Source of the DNA: Ruminococcus sp.
Lineage (GTDB): Bacteria; Bacillota; Clostridia; Oscillospirales; Acutalibacteraceae
Direction: 5' to 3'
NCBI GenBank assembly: GCA_017458105.1
Contig: JAFTGC010000005.1
Location: 47,824 to 111,823 of the forward strand
Length of the DNA stretch: 64,000 nt
This document shows positions 9,945 to 19,806 of the stretch, piece after piece. Numbering within the stretch: the stretch's first letter is position 1; each line of letters starts with the position of its first letter. The notes under the pieces are model-generated. The model was not told where the DNA came from, did no database searches, and saw nothing but the letters and a program-made list of their open reading frames with translations. A program made the translations under genes and the position numbers.

Positions 9945-12002
9945 ATGGCAAGTCTTTTCAATAAAAAAATTGAAGAGTTAAAGGGCGTAGGGGAAAAGCG
10001 TGCAGAAAAATTTAACCGCCTCGGAATTTTTTCAGTTGGTGATTTGCTAATGTACTATCCTCGTGATTACGAGGATTGGAGCCAAACTACTCTTATTGAA
10101 GATGCACCTTTTGAAGAAAATGTTTGTATCAAGGCCACAATTCGCAGTCCGTTTCAAGTGAATTTTTCCCGTGGCAAAGGTACAATGATTTGTAAAACAG
10201 TTGCGTTTGACGAAAGCGGAGCAGTCAGCCTGATTTACTTCAATAACCGTTTTATAAGCAATATGCTTCATACAAATGAAACATATTTCTTTTTTGGAAA
10301 AATCACAAAAACCTTGAACGGGTTGCAAATGATTTCACCCACATTTTCAAAGATCGCAGACGGTACATCAATGCACCCGATTTATCCGTTGACAGCCGGT
10401 TTGCCAAACAGAATAGTTTCAAATGCTGTTGATTCGGCAATAAAAATGCTGCCCGAAAAAATAAACGACCCACTTCCGCAATGGCTGAGGGATCGTTATA
10501 ATCTTCAGGGGTTGGGCTATGCAATACGGAAAATCCATTTTCCGTCAAACAGTGATGAGCTTTTTGTGGCTAAACGCAGGCTTGTTTTTGAGGAGCTCTT
10601 GATATTAAACCTTGGGCTTAGGTATCTAAGAAGTAATACAAGAGAAGAAAACGGAATACTTCTCAAAAAGAATTATACTGATAAATTTAAATCACTTTTA
10701 CCGTTTGAATTTACCAATGCCCAGTCAAAGGTGGTAAATGAGTGTCTGTCCGATATGACAGATAAGCGTTTCCCTATGAATCGTCTGGTTCAGGGCGATG
10801 TTGGTTCGGGCAAAACAGCCGTTGCGGCAGCCGTTAGCTACAGCGTGATTAAAAACGGCTTTCAAGTTGCATTTATGGTGCCGACAGAAATCCTTGCACA
10901 ACAGCATTATGCCAGTATCTCGGCGTTGTTTGCGGGAACCGGCATAACGGTTGAGCTTCTCACGGGTTCGCTCACCGCAAAAAATAAAAAGCAGGTCAGG
11001 ACCCGCCTTGCAAGCGGTGAAACAGACATAGTAATCGGTACCCATGCTTTGCTGACAGAGGATACCGAGTTTAAAAATCTGGCACTTGCAATCACTGACG
11101 AACAGCACCGCTTTGGTGTTTCACAGCGGTCTGCACTTCTTTCAAAGGGCAATCATCCGCATTTGCTCGTAATGAGTGCCACTCCAATTCCGAGAACATT
11201 GGGTTTGATAATCTACGGTGATCTTGATATTTCAGTAATTGACGAGTTACCGCCGGGCAGGCAGGTTATAGATACACTTGTAATTGATACGAAAAAACGA
11301 ATAAGAGCACTTTCATTTATAAAGAAAAACATTATGGAAGGCAGACAGTGCTACATAGTATGTCCGCTTGTTGAAGAGGGTGAAAATTCGCCTGACGGAT
11401 TGCTTTCGGCTGAGCAGTATGCACAGACTCTTATGCAGATTGATGATTATAAGAATATTCCTATAGGTATACTTCACGGTAAAATGAAACCGTCCGGCAA
11501 AGAGGCTGTTATGACGGATTTTAAAAACGGAGAAATAAAAATTTTGGTTTCTACCACTGTAATTGAAGTCGGAGTGGATGTTCCAAACGCAAATATAATT
11601 ATGATAGAAAATGCCGACAGATTCGGTCTTTCTCAACTTCATCAGCTTAGGGGAAGAGTAGGACGCGGCAGCGAAAAAAGTTATTGTATACTTGTTTCCG
11701 ACAACAATTCTCCCGAAGCAACACAACGGTTGAAAACTATGAAGAGCACTTCCAACGGTTTTAAAATTGCTGACGAAGATTTAAAACTTCGTGGTCCCGG
11801 CGACTTTTTCGGAGAAAAACAGCACGGTTTGCCTGAGTTAAAAATCGCTAACCTCAGCAACACTGATGACATTAGTGAAACTCAGCAGTGCGTTAAAGAA
11901 ATCCTTGAAAAATCCCCTGATTTGCAGGGCGACGACTTGAAAGGAATTCGTGCGGAGATAAAAAGGTTGTTCAACAAAACAGGCGGAACCCTGCTTAATT
12001 AA
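9945..12002 (+). CDS. recG: ATP-dependent DNA helicase RecG
   Basis: QGDVGSGKT, DEQHRFG, MSATPIPR, QLRGRVGR, RGPGDFFG. Confidence 0.97.
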   Translation: MASLFNKKIEELKGVGEKRAEKFNRLGIFSVGDLLMYYPRDYEDWSQTTLIEDAPFEENVCIKATIRSPFQVNFSRGKGTMICKTVAFDESGAVSLIYFNNRFISNMLHTNETYFFFGKITKTLNGLQMISPTFSKIADGTSMHPIYPLTAGLPNRIVSNAVDSAIKMLPEKINDPLPQWLRDRYNLQGLGYAIRKIHFPSNSDELFVAKRRLVFEELLILNLGLRYLRSNTREENGILLKKNYTDKFKSLLPFEFTNAQSKVVNECLSDMTDKRFPMNRLVQGDVGSGKTAVAAAVSYSVIKNGFQVAFMVPTEILAQQHYASISALFAGTGITVELLTGSLTAKNKKQVRTRLASGETDIVIGTHALLTEDTEFKNLALAITDEQHRFGVSQRSALLSKGNHPHLLVMSATPIPRTLGLIIYGDLDISVIDELPPGRQVIDTLVIDTKKRIRALSFIKKNIMEGRQCYIVCPLVEEGENSPDGLLSAEQYAQTLMQIDDYKNIPIGILHGKMKPSGKEAVMTDFKNGEIKILVSTTVIEVGVDVPNANIIMIENADRFGLSQLHQLRGRVGRGSEKSYCILVSDNNSPEATQRLKTMKSTSNGFKIADEDLKLRGPGDFFGEKQHGLPELKIANLSNTDDISETQQCVKEILEKSPDLQGDDLKGIRAEIKRLFNKTGGTLLN

Positions 12003-12012
12003 TAACAGTTAC

Positions 12013-12699
12013 TTAAAACTTTCTTGGCTTTTCGGTTTTGTTTGCAGGTAAAAGCTCATTAAAAACGGCAAAATATCCCGGTTGTACCTCGTCATCAATG
12101 TGTACTGAACCAAAAAACCATTTTTCAAAAGTTACCTGAGAGGCTATTTGGTCAAGAAAGGTGTTGACGATATTTTGACGGAATTCCGGATTTATACTGC
12201 ATTTTATGTGTGCAGGAGGTTCATGAGTGATTATGTAGTCAATTTTATTGCCGTAGGCATTCATATTTTTTGCCGCTTCGGTGAATTCGGATTTTGTCGG
12301 CAGTTCACGCTCAAACCACATATTCAAGTCGAGCATTTTTTTTAAATCACGGCTGATACCGCCGCCGAAAGTGAAAATTCCCTTCTTTTCTATTATGTAA
12401 ACCTGACCACGCATAAGATGAAAAATATTATCTGCAATTTTACCCGCTTTTGCTCCGAAAAACCTAACAACCGGATATTTTTCAAGAATATCAAAGTTTT
12501 CGTGCGTTCCGTCAAGGAAAAGTATATTGTATTTCTGTTTTTTTAAAAATTCAAGGTTACTTTTTTCTTCACGGGAATTATCCCATAAAAACCCAAAGTC
12601 TCCCGTAATAATAAGATAATCGTCCTTTTTCAACTTTTTAAGTTGTTTATTTTTGAAAAAAGAAATATCACCGTGTTTGTCACCTGTTATATAAATCAA
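12013..12699 (-). CDS. Calcineurin-like metallophosphoesterase with divergent motifs
   Basis: TGDKHG, TGDFG, DGTHE, THE, FGSVH. Confidence 0.8.
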   Translation of the reverse strand: MIYITGDKHGDISFFKNKQLKKLKKDDYLIITGDFGFLWDNSREEKSNLEFLKKQKYNILFLDGTHENFDILEKYPVVRFFGAKAGKIADNIFHLMRGQVYIIEKKGIFTFGGGISRDLKKMLDLNMWFERELPTKSEFTEAAKNMNAYGNKIDYIITHEPPAHIKCSINPEFRQNIVNTFLDQIASQVTFEKWFFGSVHIDDEVQPGYFAVFNELLPANKTEKPRKF

Positions 12700-12728
12700 A
12701 AAGTATCACCTTTTTTTCAAAATTTTAA

Positions 12729-12757
12729 TTGCAACTCGGTTGAGTTTGTAGTATAGT
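12729..12757 (+). promoter_or_regulatory. SigA-type promoter
   Basis: TTGCAA-17-TATAGT. Confidence 0.55.
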
Positions 12758-12835
12758 AATAGTATCGGCATTAAAATACAGCCCTTGTGCTGTGTTATCC
12801 ATATTGTATATTAACATATAAGAGGTATTTTTTCT

Positions 12836-14212
12836 ATGAAAAAAAGAATTTTCTCAATTATTTCCATACTGCTTGTTGCTGCAACTGCAATGAGTTGTGC
12901 AACTTTAAGTGCTTTTGCAAAATCTGACAGCTCAGATGACGATGCAAATAAGTTTACTGCAAAATTTAAAGATTTGGACTACGGTTGTAATGTAAAGACA
13001 GAGTCCGATACTGTTCTTCTTGTCAATCTTGACACAGGGGTGACGGTGTACAGTAAAGCCGCCGACAAAAAACGCTATCCTGCGTCCCTTACAAAAATTA
13101 TGACTTATGTTGTAGTTGCTGAAAATGTTGAGGATTTCAGTAAAAAAGTTGAAGTTAAGCAGAGTGTTATTGATGAACTTGTGGGAACAGGCAGTTCGCT
13201 TTCGGGTGCAAGCGAATTTGTCGGTAAAAAGATAACCGTTGAACAGCTTCTTCAGTGTATGATGATTGAGTCCGGTAACGATGCCGCATTGGTGCTTGCC
13301 GATTATGTAGGTGGCAAAAGCGGTGTTAAGGGCTTTGTTAAGATGATGAACGCTAAGGCAAAGGAGCTGGGTTGTACAAATACCCATTTTGTAAATCCTC
13401 ATGGACTTCATAACAAAGACCACTACACCACAGCTAACGACCTTTACAAAATAACCAGCTATGCACTCACACTGCCTGAATTTTCAAAGATAACAAATTC
13501 TACCAGCTATGAAATCGGCGACTACTATGGCAGCAGTACAAACCATATGCTGGATTCAACCGATACTACATACTATTACAAGTATGCCCGAGGCATAAAG
13601 ACGGGTACAACTGATGAAGCAGGCAGATGCCTTGTCACTATGGCTGTTGCCGACGGTTATAGTTACCTTGCTGTTCTTATGCACGCACCGTATGTTGATG
13701 ATGAAACCTACGGCACAATGACCGACGCCGCCGAGTTGTTCCGCTGGGCTTTCCGCAATATCGAGTTAAGGGAGATCGTTTCTAAAGAAACACCTATTTG
13801 CGAGGAAAAAGTAAACCTTTCATGGGACAAGAGTTCAATCCAGCTCTGTCCTGAAAATGACTACAACGCACTGCTTACAGAAGATGTCAGCGACAGTGAT
13901 ATTACCATAACTACAAATGTGCCAAGCTCAATAAATGCACCTGTAAATCAGGGTGATTATGTCGGCACAGCGGATGTTTATTATAAGGATGAAAAGGTAG
14001 CCACCTTCCGTTTGCTTGCTGACGAAAAAGTTGAACGCAGCACTTTGCTGTATGTTTTTGATATTCTTCAAAGTGTATTCACTTCAATGTATTTTATAGG
14101 TGCGGCAATTATTGTTGTAGTTCTATTTATTATTTATCTGTTTGTTGTAGTTAAGCACAACAAAAACGCTAAGAAAAGAAAAAGACAGGTAAAACATTAC
14201 CGTGATATGTGA
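12836..14212 (+). CDS. Serine-type D-Ala-D-Ala carboxypeptidase (S11) with C-terminal TM
   Basis: Signal peptide; SxxK (ASLTK), SGN, NPHGL, KTG; C-terminal TM plus basic tail. Confidence 0.93.
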   Translation: MKKRIFSIISILLVAATAMSCATLSAFAKSDSSDDDANKFTAKFKDLDYGCNVKTESDTVLLVNLDTGVTVYSKAADKKRYPASLTKIMTYVVVAENVEDFSKKVEVKQSVIDELVGTGSSLSGASEFVGKKITVEQLLQCMMIESGNDAALVLADYVGGKSGVKGFVKMMNAKAKELGCTNTHFVNPHGLHNKDHYTTANDLYKITSYALTLPEFSKITNSTSYEIGDYYGSSTNHMLDSTDTTYYYKYARGIKTGTTDEAGRCLVTMAVADGYSYLAVLMHAPYVDDETYGTMTDAAELFRWAFRNIELREIVSKETPICEEKVNLSWDKSSIQLCPENDYNALLTEDVSDSDITITTNVPSSINAPVNQGDYVGTADVYYKDEKVATFRLLADEKVERSTLLYVFDILQSVFTSMYFIGAAIIVVVLFIIYLFVVVKHNKNAKKRKRQVKHYRDM

Positions 14213-14234
14213 TTAAAGAAATAAGGAACATTTT

Positions 14235-15503
14235 ATGAAAATAAAAAAATCTTGGTTTATTTTAATCCCGTCAATGCTTTTGATGGCAATAGTCAAGGTG
14301 TATCAGAAATGTGTCGAGATTAAAGGTTTTAACTATTTTGGTTCAAAGGATAATATCATAGCGTCTTATGCGGCAATAGGTATTGTTTTTCTGACCTTTT
14401 TGGTGCTGTGCATAATATCGTTGTTCGATAGAGAAACCGCACCGGTTTACAGCATAAAAAGGAATATTCCCGCAGGTGCCATGTGCCTTTTTACTGCTTC
14501 TGTAACGGTTATTGACCTGGGATGTTTTTTATCAAATGCAATGCTTGCAGGTAATTTTTCACCGCCTTTGATAATTAATATGTTGTTCTCGGCACTGGCT
14601 GCACTTGGATTTTTTATATTAAGCTGGATTCATGTAAGTGCCCGTAAGCCAAACTACAGAATGGCTATATACCTTGTTATTATACCAACATGGAGTATAG
14701 TAAGGCTTGCAACTTTCTTCATAACAAACAGTTCAACTTCGGTTGCCATGACAGATGTGCTTGAGATTTTCACTTATATGTTTATTGCACTTTATATGTT
14801 TTCGGCAATTACAGTTATTTCAGTTGTTAAGCAAAGAAATCCTGTAAAAAGGCTTGTAATTTTCGGAATTCCGGCAATGGCACTGCTGTTTACCTATGAT
14901 GTATCAGTGCTTGCAACACTTTTGTTAAGGGGTTACACTGCCGGATATTACAGTACAATTTTGGTTGCAGTTGAGCTTACTTTGCTTGCAAGCTACATTT
15001 TCCTTTTTACAAGGGAAGTTACCAATAATGTCAAAAGTTTAAAAACCGTCAACATAATCGAAACCAACGAGCAGATTCTTAATCTTTTTGAGGAACGCAG
15101 GGCGGAAAATATTCGCCGTTTTGAAAAAAAGCGTAAAGAGGCAAGAAATTTGGGCGATTTCTACATTACAAGCGAGTCTGCTTATGATTCAAATAACCCT
15201 GTATTAAGTGATGAGGGTTACGGTTATTTTTCAAACGGAACTTATACACAGAGCGATTCCTATGTCAACGCCCAAGATGATACATTTATTATCCAGGGTG
15301 CTGTCGAGGATGAGGGCGATAAGAACGATCATTCTTCAAAATCATATTTTGACAGTGCTTACGAGGCACAGCTTCGTGCCGAAGGAAAGGATATTTCCGA
15401 TATTGACAATCTTATTCTGGAAATAACAACAGGTGACAATGACCTTGATTTAAACGAAATTTCCGCACCTCAAAATAATCCGAGTGATGAAAATAAAAAA
15501 TAG
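14235..15503 (+). CDS. Hypothetical polytopic membrane protein with acidic C-terminal tail
   Basis: About 8 hydrophobic segments then roughly 160 aa hydrophilic, D/E/S-rich tail; RBS AAGGA. Confidence 0.7.
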   Translation: MKIKKSWFILIPSMLLMAIVKVYQKCVEIKGFNYFGSKDNIIASYAAIGIVFLTFLVLCIISLFDRETAPVYSIKRNIPAGAMCLFTASVTVIDLGCFLSNAMLAGNFSPPLIINMLFSALAALGFFILSWIHVSARKPNYRMAIYLVIIPTWSIVRLATFFITNSSTSVAMTDVLEIFTYMFIALYMFSAITVISVVKQRNPVKRLVIFGIPAMALLFTYDVSVLATLLLRGYTAGYYSTILVAVELTLLASYIFLFTREVTNNVKSLKTVNIIETNEQILNLFEERRAENIRRFEKKRKEARNLGDFYITSESAYDSNNPVLSDEGYGYFSNGTYTQSDSYVNAQDDTFIIQGAVEDEGDKNDHSSKSYFDSAYEAQLRAEGKDISDIDNLILEITTGDNDLDLNEISAPQNNPSDENKK

Positions 15504-15545
15504 TTTTAAGAGGGTTGTCATTGTTGGCAACCCTTAAAATTTTCA
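15504..15545 (+). terminator. Hairpin after membrane protein gene
   Basis: AGGGTTGTCA / TGGCAACCCT stem; weak T-tract. Confidence 0.55.
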
Positions 15546-15568
15546 AATAATAAAATTTTAAAAAACAA

Positions 15569-15597
15569 TTGACTTTATAAAGCGTTAGTGATACAAT
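15569..15597 (+). promoter_or_regulatory. SigA promoter of thrS leader
   Basis: TTGACT-17-TACAAT with TG. Confidence 0.8.
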
Positions 15598-15604
15598 CAA
15601 AATA

Positions 15605-15839
15605 CAAAGCAATGATGAGGACAAGATTATCCGAACACCGTTTTAAGAGAACTTTGCCATTAGCTGCAAGGCAGAGTATTCAGGAGCTGATAGTTACCAC
15701 CTCTGAGCCTGTGCAGGAAATGGCACGGCGGTAGGCTCCGTTACAGCCTTTTGAGGGCGGCATTGTCGCCAAATTTGGGTGGAACCACGGTAGTTTATCG
15801 TCCCAATATCCTTGTGCGGATATTGGGCTTTTATTTTTT
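15605..15839 (+). promoter_or_regulatory. T-box riboswitch (Thr, specifier ACC)
   Basis: Stem I GA/AG-type motifs, ACC at 15696-15698, T-box AATTTGGGTGGAACCACGG around 15772-15790, terminator CCCAATATCC/GGATATTGGG 15802-15827 plus T-tract, upstream of thrS. Confidence 0.93.
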
Positions 15840-15897
15840 GTAAATAAAAGCCGCCTATCTCAAAATAATGCACATAATATTAAAAGGAGAACATAAA

Positions 15898-17838
15898 ATG
15901 ATTAATGTTGAATTGAAAAACGATTCCAGAAGTTTTGAAAACGGCATTACACCTTATGAAATTGTCAAGGGCTTTGGCGGTGGTTTTTACAAGCAGGTGT
16001 GTGCCTGCCGTATAAATGATGAGGTCTTTGATCTTAGAACACCGCTTAACAGCGATTGCAAACTTGAGTTTTTGACATTTGATGATAACGACGGAAAGAA
16101 AACTTTTTGGCATACTGCGTCCCATGTGCTGGCACAGGCAGTCAAAAGATTGTATCCAAATGCTAAGTGTGCCATTGGTCCTGCAATCGACAGTGGTTTT
16201 TATTATGATTTTGATGTTGAAAAACCTTTCTCAAATGAAGATTTAGAAAAAATTACAGCCGAGATGAAGAAAATCGTAAAAAGCAAAGTGGCTGTTACAA
16301 AATTTGAACTTTCACCGTCTGATGCAATTGCAAAACTTGAAGAGATGAACGAACCTTATAAGGTTGAGCTTTGCCGTGAGCATGCCGACAAGGATGAGCC
16401 TATTTCGTTCTATCAGCAGGATGAATTTGCAGACCTTTGTGCAGGTCCTCATCTTATGGATGTTTCAACAATCAAGGCAATCGCATTAACAAACTGCACG
16501 GGTGCTTATTGGAGGGGTGACGCTCAGAACACACAGTTATGCCGTGTGTACGGCGTAGCTTTTCCAAAGGCAAGTATGCTGGAACAGCACCTTAAAATGC
16601 TTGAAGAAGCTAAACTGCGTGACCACAATAAACTGGGCAGAGAGCTAGAGCTTTTTACAACTGCTGATTATATTGGTCAGGGTTTGGCAATACTTCTTCC
16701 TAAGGGTGCTCGCATTATTCAACTTTTACAGCGTTGGATTGAGGACGAGGAACAGAAGAGGGGCTGGCTTTTAACAAAAACTCCGTTTATGGCTAAGTCT
16801 GATTTATATAAAGTTTCAGGTCACTGGGATCATTACCGTGACGGTATGTTTGTGTTGGGTGATCCTGAAAAGGATGACGAGGTCTTTGCACTGCGTCCTA
16901 TGACTTGCCCGTTCCAGTATCAGGCGTACCTTAACCGCCAGCGTTCCTACAGAGATTTACCGTTGAGATATAACGAAACTTCAACCCTTTTCAGAAATGA
17001 AGCTTCGGGCGAAATGCACGGTCTTATCCGTTTAAGACAGTTTACAATCTCTGAAGGTCATCTTATGTGTACACCTGAACAGCTTGAAGAAGAGTTCGCA
17101 AATTGTCTTGACCTTGTTAAATATACGCTCAAAACCGTGGGGCTTTATGAGGATGTTTCATACAGATTTTCTCAATGGGATCCTGAAAATAAGGAGAAGT
17201 ATATTGGTACAGCCGAAGATTGGGATGAGGCACAGGGAGCTATGAAAAAGATTCTTGATGACCTCCAAATCCCTTATGTTATCGGTAAAGACGAGGCTGC
17301 TTTCTACGGGCCTAAGCTCGATATTCAGATCAAAAATGTTTACGGTAAAGAGGATACACTCATTACAATCCAGATTGACCAGTTCCTTGCTGAAAAATTC
17401 GGTATGGAGTATGTTGATAAGGACGGTCAGAAGAAGCACCCGTATATCATCCACCGTACTTCCATCGGTTGCTATGAGCGTACACTTGCACTTCTTATTG
17501 AAAAATATGCAGGTGCATTTCCGCTTTGGCTGGCACCTGTTCAGGTTAAACTTCTTCCTATTGCAGACAGACATCTTGACTATATTTACGAGGTCAAAAA
17601 GGCACTTGAAGCCCGTGGCGTTCGTGTTGAGATTGACGACAGAAGCGAAAAAATCGGCTATAAAATCCGTTCTGCTCAACTCGAGAAAATTCCTTATATG
17701 GTGCTTGTCGGTGATAAGGATATTGAATCAGACTGCATTTCTGTTCGTCACCGCAAGGAGGGTGACCTTGGGCAGATGACAGTTGAAGAATTTATTGCAA
17801 AAACCACAGAAGAAATCAATACAAAAGCTATAAAATAA
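15898..17838 (+). CDS. thrS: Threonine--tRNA ligase
   Basis: TGS domain, HTASH, DLCAGPH, RDHNKLG, PMTCP, AFYGPKLD; ATG 15898 after AAAGGAGA. Confidence 0.98.
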   Translation: MINVELKNDSRSFENGITPYEIVKGFGGGFYKQVCACRINDEVFDLRTPLNSDCKLEFLTFDDNDGKKTFWHTASHVLAQAVKRLYPNAKCAIGPAIDSGFYYDFDVEKPFSNEDLEKITAEMKKIVKSKVAVTKFELSPSDAIAKLEEMNEPYKVELCREHADKDEPISFYQQDEFADLCAGPHLMDVSTIKAIALTNCTGAYWRGDAQNTQLCRVYGVAFPKASMLEQHLKMLEEAKLRDHNKLGRELELFTTADYIGQGLAILLPKGARIIQLLQRWIEDEEQKRGWLLTKTPFMAKSDLYKVSGHWDHYRDGMFVLGDPEKDDEVFALRPMTCPFQYQAYLNRQRSYRDLPLRYNETSTLFRNEASGEMHGLIRLRQFTISEGHLMCTPEQLEEEFANCLDLVKYTLKTVGLYEDVSYRFSQWDPENKEKYIGTAEDWDEAQGAMKKILDDLQIPYVIGKDEAAFYGPKLDIQIKNVYGKEDTLITIQIDQFLAEKFGMEYVDKDGQKKHPYIIHRTSIGCYERTLALLIEKYAGAFPLWLAPVQVKLLPIADRHLDYIYEVKKALEARGVRVEIDDRSEKIGYKIRSAQLEKIPYMVLVGDKDIESDCISVRHRKEGDLGQMTVEEFIAKTTEEINTKAIK

Positions 17839-17865
17839 TTTCACTTTTATCTGAGGTGATAAATT

Positions 17866-18693
17866 TTGCAGGATAAATCAAAGGCTAAACATAAATATTC
17901 CAGATCCACGCCGGAGGGTCTTTATTCTGGCAAAGATAAAAAGTATGTCTATGGCGATAATACAGTCCGCAAGTCCTACAATGTATATAAAGTTCTGTTT
18001 TATCTGCTCCCGGTAATTATGGTGGCGGTTTTTGCCGTGGGATTTTCATTAGGTTATGTTGATTACAAAGAGAAAACAAGCAGAAACGGAAGTTCTTCCA
18101 CACCAAATGAGGATTATATAAATCCCGATGACGAAGTTCAGCTTTATAAGATTGTTTCAATCGCAAATCCGCTTGACCGCAATTATGTACCCGACACTGT
18201 CAGTTTTGGAGATATATCGGTGAATTCACTGATAAAAAACCCTCTTGAAAAAATGGTTAATGCTGCCGAAAATGACGGTATCATCCTCAGTGTTAAGTAC
18301 GGCTATGTTTCGTATGATGAACAGCACACTTTGTATGAAGAGTTTGTGAATAAACTTCTTTCAACAGGAAAGTACACTCAGGTTCGTGCAGAGTCATTGG
18401 CAAACAAAGTGATTTGCGACAGCGGTAACAGCGAACGGCAGCTTGGGTTGCTTGTGGAGTTCGATACAAAAAATAAGTCGAATTTTAATCAAACAGGTGC
18501 TTATCAGTGGCTGTGCAGGTACGCCGCAAACTACGGCTTTGTACAACGCTATACCGAAACAGGCGAACAGATGTCAGCAATGGATAAAGATTACACGCTG
18601 TGGCGGTTTGTCGGAAGAGATAATGCACAGTTGGCATTAAGGCTTGGGCTTGACTTTAATGAGCTTGTTGAGTATGTTCAAAGTGAGCATTAA
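17866..18693 (+). CDS. VanY/M15B carboxypeptidase-fold membrane protein, apparently catalytically degenerate
   Basis: N-terminal TM; M15B framework (GYVSYDEQ, SERQLGLLVEF, WL..A..YGFVQRY, WRFVG) with Zn ligands substituted. Confidence 0.8.
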   Translation: MQDKSKAKHKYSRSTPEGLYSGKDKKYVYGDNTVRKSYNVYKVLFYLLPVIMVAVFAVGFSLGYVDYKEKTSRNGSSSTPNEDYINPDDEVQLYKIVSIANPLDRNYVPDTVSFGDISVNSLIKNPLEKMVNAAENDGIILSVKYGYVSYDEQHTLYEEFVNKLLSTGKYTQVRAESLANKVICDSGNSERQLGLLVEFDTKNKSNFNQTGAYQWLCRYAANYGFVQRYTETGEQMSAMDKDYTLWRFVGRDNAQLALRLGLDFNELVEYVQSEH

Positions 18694-18732
18694 TGCTTCT
18701 GAAAACGAATTAAAAAAAATATCGAAAAACTA

Positions 18733-18761
18733 TTGCATTTTTTTGAAAAATGATGTATAAT
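18733..18761 (+). promoter_or_regulatory. SigA promoter of rpmE
   Basis: TTGCAT-17-TATAAT. Confidence 0.7.
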
Positions 18762-18803
18762 CATTTTTGTTGTTTACGGTTTCAGCGAAAGAGGTGAATT
18801 GAA

Positions 18804-19004
18804 ATGAAGGAAAGTATCCATCCAGATTACAAGCAGACAACAATTACTTGTGCATGTGGTAATGTTATTGAAACAGGATCTACAAAGGAAAACATCCGTG
18901 TTGAAATTTGTTCTAAGTGCCATCCTTTCTTTACAGGTAAGCAGAAGCTCGTTGATACCGGCGGACGCGTTGACAGATTTAAAAAGCGTTTTGGTATGAA
19001 ATAA
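18804..19004 (+). CDS. rpmE: 50S ribosomal protein L31 (Zn-binding type)
   Basis: [25 protein letters not shown]. Confidence 0.98.
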   Translation: MKESIHPDYKQTTITCACGNVIETGSTKENIRVEICSKCHPFFTGKQKLVDTGGRVDRFKKRFGMK

Positions 19005-19018
19005 TTATGTAATTGTTG

Positions 19019-19049
19019 AGGCGGTACAATTTTGTACCGCCTGTTTTTT
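19019..19049 (+). terminator. Intrinsic terminator after rpmE
   Basis: AGGCGGTACA / TGTACCGCCT stem then GTTTTTT. Confidence 0.85.
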
Positions 19050-19066
19050 AAACCGATGGTTATAAT

Positions 19067-19690
19067 ATGGGAGAATTCTATTTTACAGTCGCTGACGAAA
19101 ATTCAGATGAATTTGTTGAGAAGCACAGCCGATTTATCGGCTATTGCAAACCTGTTTCCTCTGAGCAGGAAGCAGTTGATTTTATAAATGAAAAAAGAAA
19201 AAAGCACTATGATGCAAAACACAATGTCTATGCTTACAGTTTGCGTGAAGGTCAGATAAAGCGTTACTCAGACGACGGTGAACCTCAGGGTACGGCAGGC
19301 GTTCCTGTGCTTGATGTGCTAAATAAAAATTCTGTAGTTGATGCCGTGGTGGTTGTCACCAGGTATTTTGGCGGAATTATGCTTGGTGCCGGCGGGTTGG
19401 TGCGTGCTTACAGCCACGGTGCTGTAATTGCTCTGGAGGCATCGGGGATACTTAGAATGGAAAAGTGTTTTCAGTGCAAAATAGTGTCAAGCTATGAAAG
19501 ATACGGCAAACTGCTTGGGTTGATTCCCGAGTGCGGCGGAATAATTGACAATACCGATTTCCTCGAAAATGTCGTGCTTAGCTTTCATATTCCGACTGAT
19601 ATGCTTATGCCTTTTAACAAAAAACTTGCTGATGCAACAAACGGACAGCTTAAAACGGAAGTTGTGTCAGAAAAATTTTTTTCAATGTAA
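19067..19690 (+). CDS. yigZ: YigZ/IMPACT family protein
   Basis: SRFIG, AKHNVYAY, SDDGEPQGTAG, RYFGGIMLGAGGL. Confidence 0.93.
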   Translation: MGEFYFTVADENSDEFVEKHSRFIGYCKPVSSEQEAVDFINEKRKKHYDAKHNVYAYSLREGQIKRYSDDGEPQGTAGVPVLDVLNKNSVVDAVVVVTRYFGGIMLGAGGLVRAYSHGAVIALEASGILRMEKCFQCKIVSSYERYGKLLGLIPECGGIIDNTDFLENVVLSFHIPTDMLMPFNKKLADATNGQLKTEVVSEKFFSM

Positions 19691-19806
19691 TTTTTCTGTA
19701 AAATTCATTATAAAACTAAAATTATAAAAATATTTTATTAAATTTAAAGGAATAATGTAATTTTTGTCGTATATAATATTGAAATATGTTAGAAGGGGGT
19801 GGTGCT

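Noticed and set aside
17866-18693. VanY-like gene as a vancomycin-resistance determinant
   Set aside because: No vanHAX/RS neighbours and catalytic residues are missing
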